Below are positions 40,092 to 53,035 of a DNA stretch of 64,000 bases, in pieces (positions within the stretch are counted from its first letter, which is position 1; each line of letters opens with the position of its first letter). Source of the stretch: Raillietiella orientalis (lineage: Eukaryota); contig JAYWIR010000011.1 of the NCBI GenBank assembly GCA_036172245.1, forward strand, positions 2,976,001-3,040,000, read 5' to 3'. A program made the position numbers and the translations under genes. Below the pieces are notes generated by a model that searched no databases, was not told the origin of the DNA, and worked only from the letters and a program-made list of their open reading frames with translations.

Positions 40092-43000
40092 TCATTGGCA
40101 TGCATGCGGATATTGGTGAAGTCCTTTGACTGTTGTGTAACCGTTGAAGAACGTACGAAAATCGTCGGCTTCATTCAACTCTAGTATTAGTAGCTTTTCC
40201 AACGATCTTGAGTGGTATTTCCCAAACGTGCATGTATAATCTTCGAAAAGAGGCGTCCGCTCTTTCCAGTAATAGCACTCCCCTCGCAGTCGGAGAGATG
40301 GGATGAATTCAAAAATGTTCACTGTATCACAGAAATTCATCAGTACGAAAATTCCTGGAAAGAAACGCCATTACAACATTGGAAAGGAGTGCACGGAAAG
40401 ATTTCAGGTGCTGGCAATAAAGTCCAGACCATACAAACACAACCGTATGTACAGTGCATCCATGTAAATCTCTATTTATTTATGGATGCATAATGATATG
40501 CAATTTATTTTACGCGTTGCAGCATAATCATATCTTTTCAAGACATTCGACGAAGGAAGTTAAAAAAAGTCAAAAGTGCCTGAATGCGTGGACACCAGAG
40601 ATGAGGAATGTTTATTTTGGGCCAGTGATCGTCCCAGTACTGCGGGATGGGTGTACCACCAGCCCACACATCGCTTTGACCATGGCCTCTACTTGCTTTC
40701 AAAGCACTGTTTTGACCTGGGCATGGAAAAGTAAAGGCAGTACTCGGAACTTTGTGCAAGTTGCGAGAAGATGCAAGTATATTTTTTTCCTGTGTTGTTC
40801 ACGGAAAAAAAAAAAAAAAAAACGGGGCAACGGCAAGCCGAAATAACTAAGGAACGTCTCACAGGAACGTAGACGCCTCGTTCACTTACGAAATTTAGAA
40901 AAGTGTGCAACGAACGAACACTAAAGTGAACCCCGAACTGCATTCCATGCATGTGAAGCGAGCGGCAGGACGAAAATTGCCCCCGGTGATGCTGAATCTA
41001 CGAGAACGCCTGTAAGAAAAGCGAGCATCTGGACGGCAACTCTCGTAGTGTACAAGGTCAGCTTTTTTTTCCTGGCAAGATCCATGCGCTAGATTGTGCA
41101 CACACAAGACGCGGCACAGAGGTGGACAGCACACGCCACATGTGTTTGTAGACCATTAGATGGACGGCAGTTCGAGTACTGCAGGAATCGTCTCATTTCA
41201 TCGGAAGCCAAACTAGGTGCAACTGGTTGGAAGGTGCAGGAGCGAAACGCTTTCCGTCTTTTACCTGGACACGTGTTCCCGCAAGACATCTCGTCCGGCA
41301 CACTCTATGGATGCAAGCGGGTGAAATCAATGGGACGCAGGTCCATGTGAGCTTCCTCCGCGAATCGTTCTCTTTAGAGACGAAGGTAAGAGAACTTGCG
41401 AACTTGGGAAGAGAACACACAGGCGACTCATTAAGGAATAGGAGTTGAAGACGGTGTGAATGGAATTCTGGGTATACACGTCCTCAGGGAGGGAGGCAGC
41501 ATACTGATTAGTGATTGCGTTGTTGCAGGACACTGTGGACAAAAAAATGGGAACAAAAGCACATGTGCATGCGATCCGTCTTGATTCCCTCTCACCCATC
41601 CTATTCCAGCGTACAAGCAGCGTGCACATGTAAAACCTGACTTCACATGCGGAAATAGGCCTGTCCGTTCGATGAGAGCAACCAGAAAGAAAGCCACCGT
41701 GGGTAGTCGAAGGACAGAGAAATAGATACGAAATAAAGCACCGAGGATAGAAAAAAAAAAAAAAAAAGACGAACCCCGTCGAGTAAATGTGAGGCTGGAC
41801 ACACGCATGGCAGCTGACCTGAACCGGAAACGGCGAACGCATTGGTTTGAACTCTAGTGTTTCGAGGCTCACGAAGGATCTTTTTTTTTTTTTTTTTCTT
41901 TTTTGCGGCAAACAAGGAGGAAGCCAATCCGTTTGGCGGAGAACCCTTTCCGGGTGCTGTTGCGACAGAAGTTGGTTTCAGAGTGAAACTGGGGGGAGGG
42001 AAGGGGCAATTGTCCTTACCCAAGAGGATCTAACGCGGAAACTCGGCTTGTGTTCGAAAGCTTGAGCGTTCCTTTCCAGCACCAAGGCAGTTAAGTAAGG
42101 GGCACTCCTACTGTTATCTCATTTAACTTCATGCATTCGCACCTCCAAAGGACGACCAGCTCTCGCTGCAGGTTGCTGCCTTCGCTGCTAGCCATCTTGG
42201 CTGCATGGGCGGAAGGTGTCCGCGCGTCATCGTAAACGGGGGGGGGGGGATGCACCCATCAAAGTGTGCGCAAGAGGCATTTCAGTTGTGCGGAAAAGTA
42301 CCGCAGGTTGCTCTCAAACGATCCCAATCGATTTGAAATACGTCTCTTGGTCACGATGTGTATTTGAGAGATCCTGCAGGGACTGCAGAGGTGATGGCGT
42401 TTCTGTGCGCGAGCGATGTATGCTGCAGCATTTTCGAACCCCAGGGCCCCAGGACGACGTGCGTCGTTTCGGTTAGGGAAAGGGCTGCTGTGTGGATTCT
42501 TAGCAAAGACCTCTTGAAAAGAAACCTGTGCTAAGAGATCCTCGCGTACTGTGTAAATCTTCTGGTGCAGCAGCCGCCTGCGCAATTACGGTGATCTCTG
42601 AAGTGTGATCCTTCTACCAGCTGGATTTTTTCGCCGGCACGCCAGAGAAATGCAGAACGGGCAAAGCGGTAGCGGCGGCTATTGAAGCTCAGTAGTAGGG
42701 GAACATAAGGATTCAACCACCGCGCGCCGAGCCATTCGTGTGGGAACGTTACCGAAAGTTTGTTTGAGGGATACGTGAAATTCGCGACAGGGAGCCTGGT
42801 CGTGGGCTTCTGCCATAGAAAGGAAAAGTGAAGGAGGAATGCGTTGACGTTTCTTAACGTCCTGAAAAAGAGGAACTACCCAAGAATCCTGTTGTAGGTG
42901 GCTTCATGATCAAGTGATTCTTGTTGAACCGCACCAAAACCTTCCAAAGTTCCCAAATGATTGGAGGATCCAAAAAATAAGCTTCCTGATTCGGAAAGAG

Positions 43001-44243
43001 CTTTCGGAACTCTTCGTAGGCACGGAGCGTCTTGAATGGAAGCGCGTTCCTTTGCTGCAGCATCTGAAAAGAAGATCCATGCTTACTTTTTTTTTGAAAC
43101 TTCTACGAACAGTGATCATCATCTGCGAAGCTCGACAGGTGCCTCTAAGCACAAGCAACGCGTCAGATCTCGTGCGGTACACGAAGACAGGCTGCTCCGG
43201 GGCACACGTACGGATTTTCGATTTCGATTACCAAAGCTTACGCACGCAATGAGTTTCCAAGAGCACCCATGTCGCGGTGCAAGCGAGGTGGTCGAGAATT
43301 ATGCTTGGCGAGAGCCGAGACCGCCCGTGAATCCAATGTTCCCGCAAACACCCATTTCCGGGAATGGGGAACTCCCTGCGCTCCGTTGGTCGGTTTCGTG
43401 GCCGTGTGGCCCTTGCGAAGGAGCAGCGTCGAAAGAACGTTCTCGTGCACGAGCTGGCAAAGTGCTTCCGAACGGTGACCAGCTCTTTAAACTAATTCAT
43501 TCTTTCCCACTGCGCCACCGTTTTTTCCTAGGAAACATTTTCGAAAAGTCTTCACCTCCTCCAAAGATGTGTTGTAAAAAGGGACTTCGTAGACGAGAAT
43601 AGGTGATATCCTGTAGAGATAGGTCATTAGAAATCCTATCGGGTCCGCTCCAACCAGCATGGAGTTCAATATGCGAATATCTGTCTTCGATCCCACGTCC
43701 TTCTCGAAGCCGGTGGTCGGTCCTTTGTTCAAACGCATCACGATGTCGTGGGAATCTAGAAATGAAGCAGCCGGTCACGGAGAACGGTCACAGAACTCTT
43801 TGCATACCTATGAAGCTTCCCAAAGAGGAATTCAGCAATGAGGCTGAATTCATGACAACTGCGCAGGTTTTGAACTTTTGTCCTTCGAAAAGATGCTCCT
43901 TGGGATAATACCGCGCCCCTTCGTGTAACGCCTTGTCTTTTGTGAGAGTGCGGAAACCGATCTTTCGCAATACACAGATGATATCTTCTTTCGTTCTCAG
44001 TACGGCGGGGTCCAGGATCGCTTTAGCTAGTTTGTAAAAGTCCTTGGCTACTACAGAGCGAGTATTCTTGAAGATGTTGATCACATTAGTTTTGTGATTT
44101 TGGATCCGATGCTGCAAACTGATAAGTTCAGGGTTTTCCATATGTGTGGTTACGAATTCACAAATGGTTAAGAACACCAAAGCAGCACAGACAGATCCGA
44201 GGAAGACGACGAGGCCTTTACAGTTTGATAAATTGGAAGCCAT
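40092..44243 (-). CDS. Beta-galactoside alpha-2,6-sialyltransferase-like (GT29), paralogue 1, 360 aa
   Basis: Exons 44243-43808, 43755-43556, 43063-42880 and 40354-40092 are in frame. N-terminal signal anchor; sialylmotif L [44 protein letters not shown]; motif S PPTTGFLGIFVLMNFCDTVNIFEFIPS; motif III CYYW; VS YHSRSLEK; ST6Gal-type tail GYTTVKGL. Confidence 0.92.
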
Positions 44244-46599
44244 GGATCCAGGAACCAGGCTCCGTTTACTTATTTCTTCCCTATGATCCGGGGTATACCA
44301 CCCTAGCATCGAACAGATGCGGTTTCGAGGTTCCCGACGTCGCTAAGAGAGGTTTGTTCTGCTGTCCTGAAACGAAAGGTGAGATTAAGAGCACGGAATT
44401 CCCTTCCCACTCCCGGAGCATCTTCGCCAGGTGGGTGGGAAAGAGAAAGTCAAGTCCCCCGAAAGACGCAAAGCGCAAATCCGCGAGACCAACGTGCGTG
44501 CCCACCCCCCTTCTGGCGGTTCTTCGGAGACTGCTGCAATTCTCTGTTCGCCTGCACAGCCACTCCTGCTGTTTAGTCGCCTCCGTTTTCGATTACTTGG
44601 TGGACGACCTTAAGCCGTTGAGTAGTTCTTTGTTAGGTCCCCAGGAGCTAGGTGGCTGTGCGCAGAGTCTTCAGGGAAAAGTCCTCACGAACGTGCGGCA
44701 GACCGAGTGTCAGTGGTTCACAGAAACAAACTTTGCTGTGTAGACAGATTGGTTCCGTTGGGCACGACGCGAGAGAGATTTCGCTTCCGTTTTATCGCTT
44801 GCTCGAAAGAGGCACCGGCGATCCGCCGACTCCGAAGAAGAGATGGCAGGCAAACGAAGAAGCCTGGAACGAAGAGGCAAAGATGAAGCTGTTGGGTCCA
44901 TTGGAAACCATGCATCACACACTCTTCGTTTTGCCTCTAGATTCTTTAGTTCCTCTAGTTCTTAGATTTGCATGGGAACTGAGTCTGGTAGCGCTTTCGA
45001 GCACTGAGGCGCGGTGCAGGAGACCGTCCGCGTAGTGCTGGAGTGCCCGCACACGTGATGGAGGACGGCTGCCTCACACTTCAGCTGCTGATCTCGCTCA
45101 AGCACATCTTTTATCTCCATATTCTGCCCACTTCCCACTCAGATGGTTGGGAAGCGCTTGAGATTCATACGCGCTTTTCAAATTTCGGTTCTTCTTGAAG
45201 CCTTGATTCTTTCCTTTTCCAAACGTGAACCAGTTAAGGAGATCCGAACCCTCCGCCTAAGTCGAGTCAACCATAACCTAAACATCTTGGTGCACGTCCT
45301 CGAAACTCGTTTCTAAGCTCGTTTCATATTTCGGCAGCAGTCATCCCTTTCGAAAGCACCACCGATGCAGGTCCTCTTGCAACAGCGAGGCTGTAGATTG
45401 GGCCTGCATTTCCAAAGTGCAGCAAGGTAGTGACATAGAAGTGCAAAAGGGCAGGCTACTGCCCAGAGTGCCCTGCATCAGGTTCAGGTAAATGGAGACC
45501 AAAATAAACGCGTTCTGTGGTTTGCCTTCAGATAGGAAGTTTAGGTCCACGAGGAGCGTTCATGCTGTTGCCGAGGCTGCATCTAGTTTTCTTTTTTTTT
45601 TAGAGGCATAATTGCATGCACTGCAGAAGTCACGTTGCATTGACTGATCTCACGCAGCAGCAACTACAGGAAAGACGCCGTGATTAATGCAGTACAACAC
45701 CGTGCAAAGATGCTCTTTCCGAGCCGTGATGCGTGTACTCTTGGACAAAAGGAGCTTCCTCGCATTTCTAGGACATCTTCCTTGCATCTAGGCACGAGGC
45801 TCATTTCAAAGTGGAGCTTTGAATTTTCTAGGCGACTACCACGTCCTCCCGCACCTCCAGAAGTGGCTCAACGATTCGAGGGGGGAAGTGAGGAGTTGAC
45901 AACTGCAGTGCTGGTGGACTGGCTGAACTTCCAGGCGGCGGAATTTCGTGCAAATGATTGAAAAAAGCTTCTTCCGCGGTATCAGAAGTGTTTGGAAGAA
46001 AATGGTAGTTGCATGAAAAAATGACATGGGGATGCATGTGTTTGGAACCACGAATACATTTTTGTTTCTCTTCTTTGTTCTTTCTCCATATCCGATCCGC
46101 CCTTACTTTTGAAATGCACCTCGTAAGCAAAGAAATGTCTGGGCTGTTGTCAATGGACAGAGGGTGACACGGCCTCGTGGATGATGGATTTCTTGGTCTC
46201 GTTCCTCTTTTGCCGAAGAAAAGAGGTGCTTCAGAGCTAGGCGACACGCAGCCAGCTCAATCCAGTTGCATCCAAGGACGAGTCCCTAACGCTTCCTATC
46301 CCAAAAGGAACTTCACGATCCGCGCTCCTGCTCTCGCATCCACCAACTCTTTTTTCAGAGTAGGCAATCCACCACCTGGTGGAAGAAGGTGCAGAGAACG
46401 TCCCGCGAGCTCAGTCCGTAGTATCATGATTGCTGCTGTGAACGCTGGCGGCGAGTATCTGGGAAATGAAGAGTTCGTAGTTGAAGGCATAGCCCAGATT
46501 GTCTCACTGCAACAGGGAGCTTCTGGATATTTGCTCCTCGATTTTTCCAATGAGCTAGGGGAAAGAAAAAAAAAATGGCTTCGATGTCCTAACGGGTCA

Positions 46600-48400
46600 A
46601 TCGTGCGTCCTTTTGCAAACCGTTGAGAGCCCTTCAAAAGTGCTTGCCAAAGACTTGCAAGCGGAAGATGGAGGCCTTCCCGGAAGTGGGGTTGACGAAT
46701 TTTTCCGTGCTTTTCAGGAACTGCAAACAAGATGTCCGCGAGGAACTACCGACAAGCAGCAGCCAAGAGTCTTTCCGAAGAGTTGTATCAGATCGCATTC
46801 TCAGTTTCGTCCTCAATCACAACTTTTCATCTTGTGGGTTTCTCCGAGTGACGGTGCATCATTAGCTGAGAAGATGTGTCAATCATCGGTGCTGCACGGG
46901 CATCAGGAGATGGAAGAAGCGAAATGGAGGGAAGATTGTCGATTCAATATGGTAGCAGATGCAGGAATAGCTGCTGCGACTACTAGACGTGAATCGGACG
47001 TTCCCAGAACCAATTATCAAAAGACACTGTCGGAGACCTCTCCACCACTTCCTTCTTCTTGCATGCATATTGTAGGGAAGTCCAGTCTTTCCGTGGACGC
47101 TAGGATCGTCTCAACTTCAATGCAGGAGAAGGACGACTTCCTTTGGGGTTTTTTATTCTTCCTACCCATGGATTTTATGTCCCGGAAGGTTTCAGGACTC
47201 CTGGATGCACGGCATTCCCAGAGATTCTGGCTAGTAAATGCCTCCGGCAGAAGCTAGGAGACAGAAACTGGAGATCGGCTTCTGACCCGAAGGCAGCGCG
47301 TGCGCATATTCCATTCATGGCAGAACTCCAGTCATTTTGAACTTCGCTCCTCAGGCCTTCCTCCTGCTGCTAGGCCATCGGAGGACCAGGCCTACAGGCA
47401 GCTTGTAGTTGTCCACTCTTTGAGGTTCTCTCTTTTGGGAGAGTTCTATTCCATCGCGCCTTGGCAGCTTATCTGCCAGACTGTTTTCTTGGTAGTCCCC
47501 AGTAAAAAAGTTCACCCACGAGAGAGAAACAGGAGTTTTCCGGCTGCAGTTTCCCAATATGGAAATTTTTCCCAAAGACGTGCATCCGGAAAGCACCCTT
47601 GGTGACGTGTCTTTGGCGAGGTGGGCATGGGATAAAAACGAGACCGATGGCTTCCGTTCTCTTAGACTTTCGGGTTGCACTCTGGGTTTTTGGCTCATTC
47701 GTCACTCACGAGCTGTCCCTTCGGAAGTTTTGCTCATTTCCTAGGGTCTTCTTTTCGGGAGCCGTTTCGAAACTTTGCAGCACGTTGCACGGTTGGGTGA
47801 TCTGCGGGATTTGTGCGTGACTCTTGAACTGCTCTCGCTGAATTTGCACGAGTACAAGCACGTACAAGCAAGTTTCGCAGAAAAGGGGTGACTCGGGAAA
47901 GTTTCTTTTTTTCCGGAACACACGAGATGAGCGGAACTTGAAAGGCAACGCGAACGAGTTTTTCTTGCGGAGGAAGCGGGAGACCAACGGTTGAATTTTC
48001 ACCGCATCTTCTTGGTGGCAACCTTGGGTTGCCTGGATCGCTCCTCACGCAAGGCGCCAAAGGGAAGGCGTCGAAAACGCTATTTTTGGAGAGCAATCCT
48101 GCTTTCAATCATCGGCTTCTAAATGGATTTGTGAGAAAGAAGAGACCAAGGAGATTCCCATTGCATGATTCCTCGACATCAGCGCACCAACCCTCTGTTG
48201 GCTCCGTTCTCCCACGAAAAGTCTTGCGTGCCAGGATTTGTAAGCCGTTGCACAACTCGTGCTTATGCCATATTTTTCTTGCGCGCTTGGGACGAATCAT
48301 TCCAGGCTGATGATGTCTCGTGAGCTGGACCTCCGCGTGAATTTTGCCATTCTTTTTTCTTTTGTCTTCTCTAAACGAATCCACATACGGCGCTCCTGCT
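46600..48400 (+). mobile_element. Possible highly decayed non-LTR (LINE) reverse-transcriptase remnant
   Basis: PGSGVDEFFRAF (cf. PGPDGxxxEFF) and LSVDAR (cf. SLDAEKAFD) occur in the expected order. No intact YADD seen. Confidence 0.25.
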
Positions 48401-50109
48401 CGCGCATACTCTGGACTGTCTTCTGGAAGTGGTAAAAGGGCATGACAGCATGCCAAAGCTACTACGCCGTTCGCGTCCCACCAATCTCAGAAGAGACTCT
48501 TCCTGGGGACCGTAGCCACCCCAACCGCTGGCTGACGGCTCCTCTGCAGATCAGAAGCAAAGCAAGGTTTTCCGTTACGCCCTTGAGCGTCTCGGAGTGA
48601 GGATAATCATCAAGATTACATGCAAGCTGTTTGTCTCTGGGACGTTTCATGGAATGGCGTCATGGAAACTTATTGGTTACCGGGCAATCGGGGATTAGTG
48701 CAGCTACGAAAATTCTCGAGCATCCTTGATCGCTGTGCCTGACCGATGAGGGAAACGTTGAAGATGACACGGACACGAAGGGTGTTTTGCGTTTCCAGTT
48801 CGCCCACTTTGCCAAGGAACGCGTGTCATTGTTTTGGAATGAGCAAAGCGCCCGCCTCCCTGGTTTCCCAAAGTCACAGTGGGTCTCACGCAGCAGGGGA
48901 AGCAGAAGCGAGAGGAAGCAACCGGGCATGCCGACTAGGATTGCACAGCGTCGTGGGTTCAACGGATGCTGAATCACGAATCTCTGCAGCAGCCGAGATG
49001 GGTCGCCGATACGGATACGAGACTGATGCTGCGGATTCACTTCAGAGGAGCGCAGTGTCCAAGTCCGCGAAGGAGGAGGAGATCGCCTGCTGCGAAACCG
49101 AATGAGGAAGGGAGGAGGAAGGGATCTCTATGCAGCGAAGTGCCACCGAAGGAAGAAGGCGGGGGGCCGCGGCGGATCGGGTCGGCATTGGTTCCCACAC
49201 TCACAATCGAAACAAATCCGAAGGATTTCGCCCCGGAAGCATCAGGGGTGACACGCCCGGAGTCGGATTTCAAGGAAGACCGGAATCCCGCAAGGCTCTC
49301 CTCCCCGTTCGGCGCCGCCCAGAGTCAGGAAGGAGCTCTCGCCCCAAACTCCTGCGATGCTCACGTAGGACGAAACCCTTTCCTTCACCGGAATGCCAGT
49401 TGTGAGAGAAGGCTTGAGAGATCACGTGGAAGTTTCAACTGGCGTTCGTAATATCTGCCAAGAGGAAAGGGGATCATTTCTAAGGGTCCTTTCTCCCGAA
49501 ATTGTTTCGCGTCACTAGGCTGCAACGGATCATCCCTTTTCACGTTTTTCCTCTTCTTCCCTTTTTCAGATTAAACCGAGATTCGTTCCGAGTTTCCTCT
49601 AATCTGATTGTAGGAGAGTGAGGAAGTGCGAAAGAATTTTTCACGGTCGAGGTGACCCCTTTCCAGACCTCCAACTCAACGCGCATCTAAATTCGGCAAG
49701 CGCTCGATCAAAATGCAGGAGGAACAGGTGGGCTGGCAGCTGCGAGTACAAGACTCGGTTGTCGTCCGAAGGCGGTTTACGCACTTCAACCCGCTTCCTT
49801 GGAGACCACTGTCCGTGCTCTTCAAGGTAGGGTGAGACTCGCCAAACTCGGCGGATACTTCCGTCTCTGGGCATCGTCGGCAACGAGTGCCGCTAGCAGG
49901 TCGTTTGCCAAAGCAGCAGTCCACTTCCTGGACTCTGTGTTCACCTCGAGTTGGGCGAGGACACGAGCAGCGGCCCTCAGGGTCTCCTAGTCCCCAAAAG
50001 GAGGAGGAATGCTTTCAGGGATCCGTCGCCGCCCTTTGGCAGGTGCGTGCTCGTGGCGAATTTCCCTCGCACAGTTGACTTCCCCCTCCTCTCGGAAGTC
50101 CAACGTTGA

Positions 50110-50545
50110 CCCGCTTTGGAGGCTATGTGGCTGCGATGTCCGCGCGCGGCGCCAGGCATCGTGGGTTCGAATCCCGCGGCGATCGACTCCAAAGAAATGG
50201 GTTTATAGAGGGTTTCGAGTTTCTCCTGCAAGATGACGCTGGTTGGCCTATTCGGGTGTGCGGATCCGGAAAACCCCGGATGCCCCCGTTGACTGGCCGG
50301 GATCGGAAGTTGAGCCTCCAGGGTTTTTCCAGGAACTAAGAAGCCGGTTCATTTGGGGATTCCATCTCCAAAGCCCTTCCTAGATTCATAGGTTGTGCCC
50401 CTTTGGGGTTGTCTTTCACCTTGAGGAGTTACCACACGCACCCTCGAGTGGCGCGAACAGCGTCGAAGAGCTTCATCAGCCCCAAGACAATCGGTTCTTG
50501 AGTACTTGGAGGACCAAAAGGGAAAGACGGAAGGAAAAGGAAAGA
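50110..50545 (+). mobile_element. tRNA-headed interspersed repeat (SINE-like), internally deleted copy A
   Basis: B-box GGGTTCGAATCCC at 50163-50175. The sequence aligns by eye to the reverse complement of 52760-53030 and of 52240-52370. Confidence 0.7.
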
Positions 50546-51129
50546 GATGCAGCGCGTGGTAACCGGGCTTGTGGCTGGCGCAGCAGCACCCCTCCTCGCA
50601 TCCCACTCTCTCCCTTCGCCCTGCTCAACCGAGCGAAGGGTTCCGGGGGTCGCATGCCTCACGTCTTCCCCGTCGGGAGGCTGTAGCACCCGAGGTGTTC
50701 CCAGCATGTGGCAGCAGCGCGCCAGAGAGCGATGAGGAGCCTCTCCCGCTCTTTTTCAGGTGCTCTGCTCCGTCGCGTGACACATCTGGCCGCAGACAGA
50801 TCCACGTTGCGTGCGCCACTCTCTTGCTGACCTCCATGCTGCTGCTGCTGCTGCTGCTGCTGGGTTCCCTTATTGATGACACATCCGAACTCTCTGGCAC
50901 GCTTGCATGCGCGCGCGCGAGTGCGCGCTATTGGGGGGGAGGGGGGGAGGTGCGCGCGCACACATCAGAGATGAATGCAGGAATCAAAAAGAAAAAAAAC
51001 ACTTCGGAAGCCATCTTCGGGATGCGCGAAAACACGCACGGATGCACGCGGGCAAGCGACACGGCGAAAAAACGCGCACGTGACAGACACGGATATTGAC
51101 TCGTGGACGATCGGAAACTCCCCGGGAAA

Positions 51130-51420
51130 TCCTTCATTTCGTGAGTGCTTCCTGAAGGACCTCTTGTGGACGCGTCTGGCGTCTGGAACTGCGCTGCGCG
51201 ACCTGCCCGGAACACAATCGACGCGATAGCTGCACTCCCCTTCGCTCCCACACGTTCGGAACAGTTCCAGGAGCTTCCTCAGAGGCGCCACCTCCCACCC
51301 CACGGTCCACGTGTGCAGGGAGGAAGCAGGAGTTTTCCCATCGTCCGCCGAGCCACCTGCGCTGTTCGGCGCGCACCCACGTTGGTGGGAGCGCAGCCAC
51401 CGCACCTCGGGTGCGGTGGC
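51130..51420 (+). mobile_element. Possible decayed Mutator-like transposase C-terminal fragment
   Basis: GVWNC, LRDLPGTQ and SHPTVH are spread across frames and resemble WN...LPRTNN...HPTIW of animal MULEs. Weak. Confidence 0.25.
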
Positions 51421-51654
51421 TGAGGAAGCGGTTGAAGGGAGAGATTTACATCCTGCTGGCTGCTCTGATCCACGAAAGGTCCCTCCCCCCCCCCCGGACC
51501 GATTTTTTGGTTCTTCTCTGGCCACCACAACTCCTCTGGGTCCGCTTCTCTCCACCGCGCACCGCGTCCTCGGACGGAACAGACTCCTCCACCGTTTGTT
51601 TGCTTGCTTTTTCGAAGATCAATTGCAATCTCATGGGAAGATCGTTACTCTCTG

Positions 51655-53035
51655 CCTAGGGCAATGGAAATCCCTTGAGATACTCTTCTGTTTCGCTGCT
51701 TCCCTTCCAGCTTTCCTTTTTTTGGTTCGCCAGGTGCCGAAGAACCGTTCGTCTCTTCAGGGAGGAGGTCCACCACGGAGGGACCGCCCTATGAATCCAG
51801 GAAGCTCTCCAGAGTAAGGGGTCCATTCAACTCTTACGCTTGGGAGGGACTCTCCAAGGAAACCTCTCTCTCATTCTCTCTAAACAAACCCCCCGGAGAT
51901 GTCCAATCTTCGTATCTCCTCCAGAGGGAACCCGCAAGTGAACCGCTCCTTGTTTATTCCCCTGTAGAAACCCCAAAGGGACGCTTTCCCGAAGAGTACA
52001 GCGAGCTTCTTACACTCTGGAGAGGCAACCTACCAGGGGAGGAGGGGGAGGGGAACGTCGTCAACCAGCTCCATGGTACGAACTCTATTTTCAAAACCGG
52101 AAGGAAACTGGATCCTGGGTTCAAGGAAGGAACCCGGAGGGTAAACTCCCTATCCTGACCAGACGACGGGGACAGCCGGCTCCTACCAGTACTGACGCAC
52201 CCGCAATGGAAATCCTTTTGGTTTCCTTTTTGTCATCGTCCTCTTCCTTTCAGCTTTTTTTTGGTTCGCCGAGTACTTCAAGAACGGTCGCGCCCCTGGC
52301 AGCGGCTCACGCAGCTCTTTGCCGCCGTTCCACGCCACCCGAGGGTGCATGTGATTCTTCAAGATAAAGGGTGGCTCCCTCCAGAGGCACCCTTTATCTA
52401 TGGATCACCTATGAATCCAGGCAGGGCTCCGTAGAAGGGAGTCCGTTCCTCTCACTCCTGGGGAGGAATCCCTGAAGGGAACACCTCCACTTTGGTTGTC
52501 TCCGAAGGTAACCCCAAAGGGAATCCCCTTCCTTATTCACTCCGGAGGAACCCCTCGGAAGGAATCTTCACTCATTTCTTCACCGGAGGGCACCCTCAAG
52601 GGAACCGCACCTTTTTACTCCTCTGAAGACAACCCCGAAGGCACGCTTCCCAATTTTCTCTGAGGGGCTCTCCCCGAAGGAAGTGGCGCTCTCCTTAACA
52701 CTCTGGAAAGGCAAACCCCCGAGGGGAGTATCAACCATTTCCGTACTACCGCCTCATTCTCGAAACCGGATGGGGAACTTCGAAGGGAAGCGGCTCTTTG
52801 ATTCCTGGAAGGAGCCTGGAGGGTCGACTTCCCATCTCGGTCAGTCAAAGGGGGTATCCTGGGATTTCTCGCCTCCTTATCCGAGGTCTGCTGGCCAGCT
52901 AGCCTCATCCTGCAGGAGAAGGGGAAGGGCGGGGAATTGAAACCCCATTTCTCGGCGTCGATCCTTCCCCGGGAGGGATTCGAACCCGCAACTCTTGGTT
53001 GCCACGAGCGCAGACAGTAGCAGCCGCAACGCGTG
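51655..53035 (-). mobile_element. Two head-to-tail copies (B, 5'-truncated, about 51655-52172; C, about 52200-53035) of the same SINE-like repeat
   Basis: Shared blocks GCAATGGAAATCC (51661/52203), TTTTTGGTTCGCC, CCTATGAATCCAGG and AAACCGGA. B-box (reverse) at 52975-52987. Confidence 0.75.

Noticed and set aside
50110..50185. tRNA gene
   Set aside because: Only the T-arm/B-box is recognisable; no acceptor stem, D-arm or terminator. It is part of a repeat.
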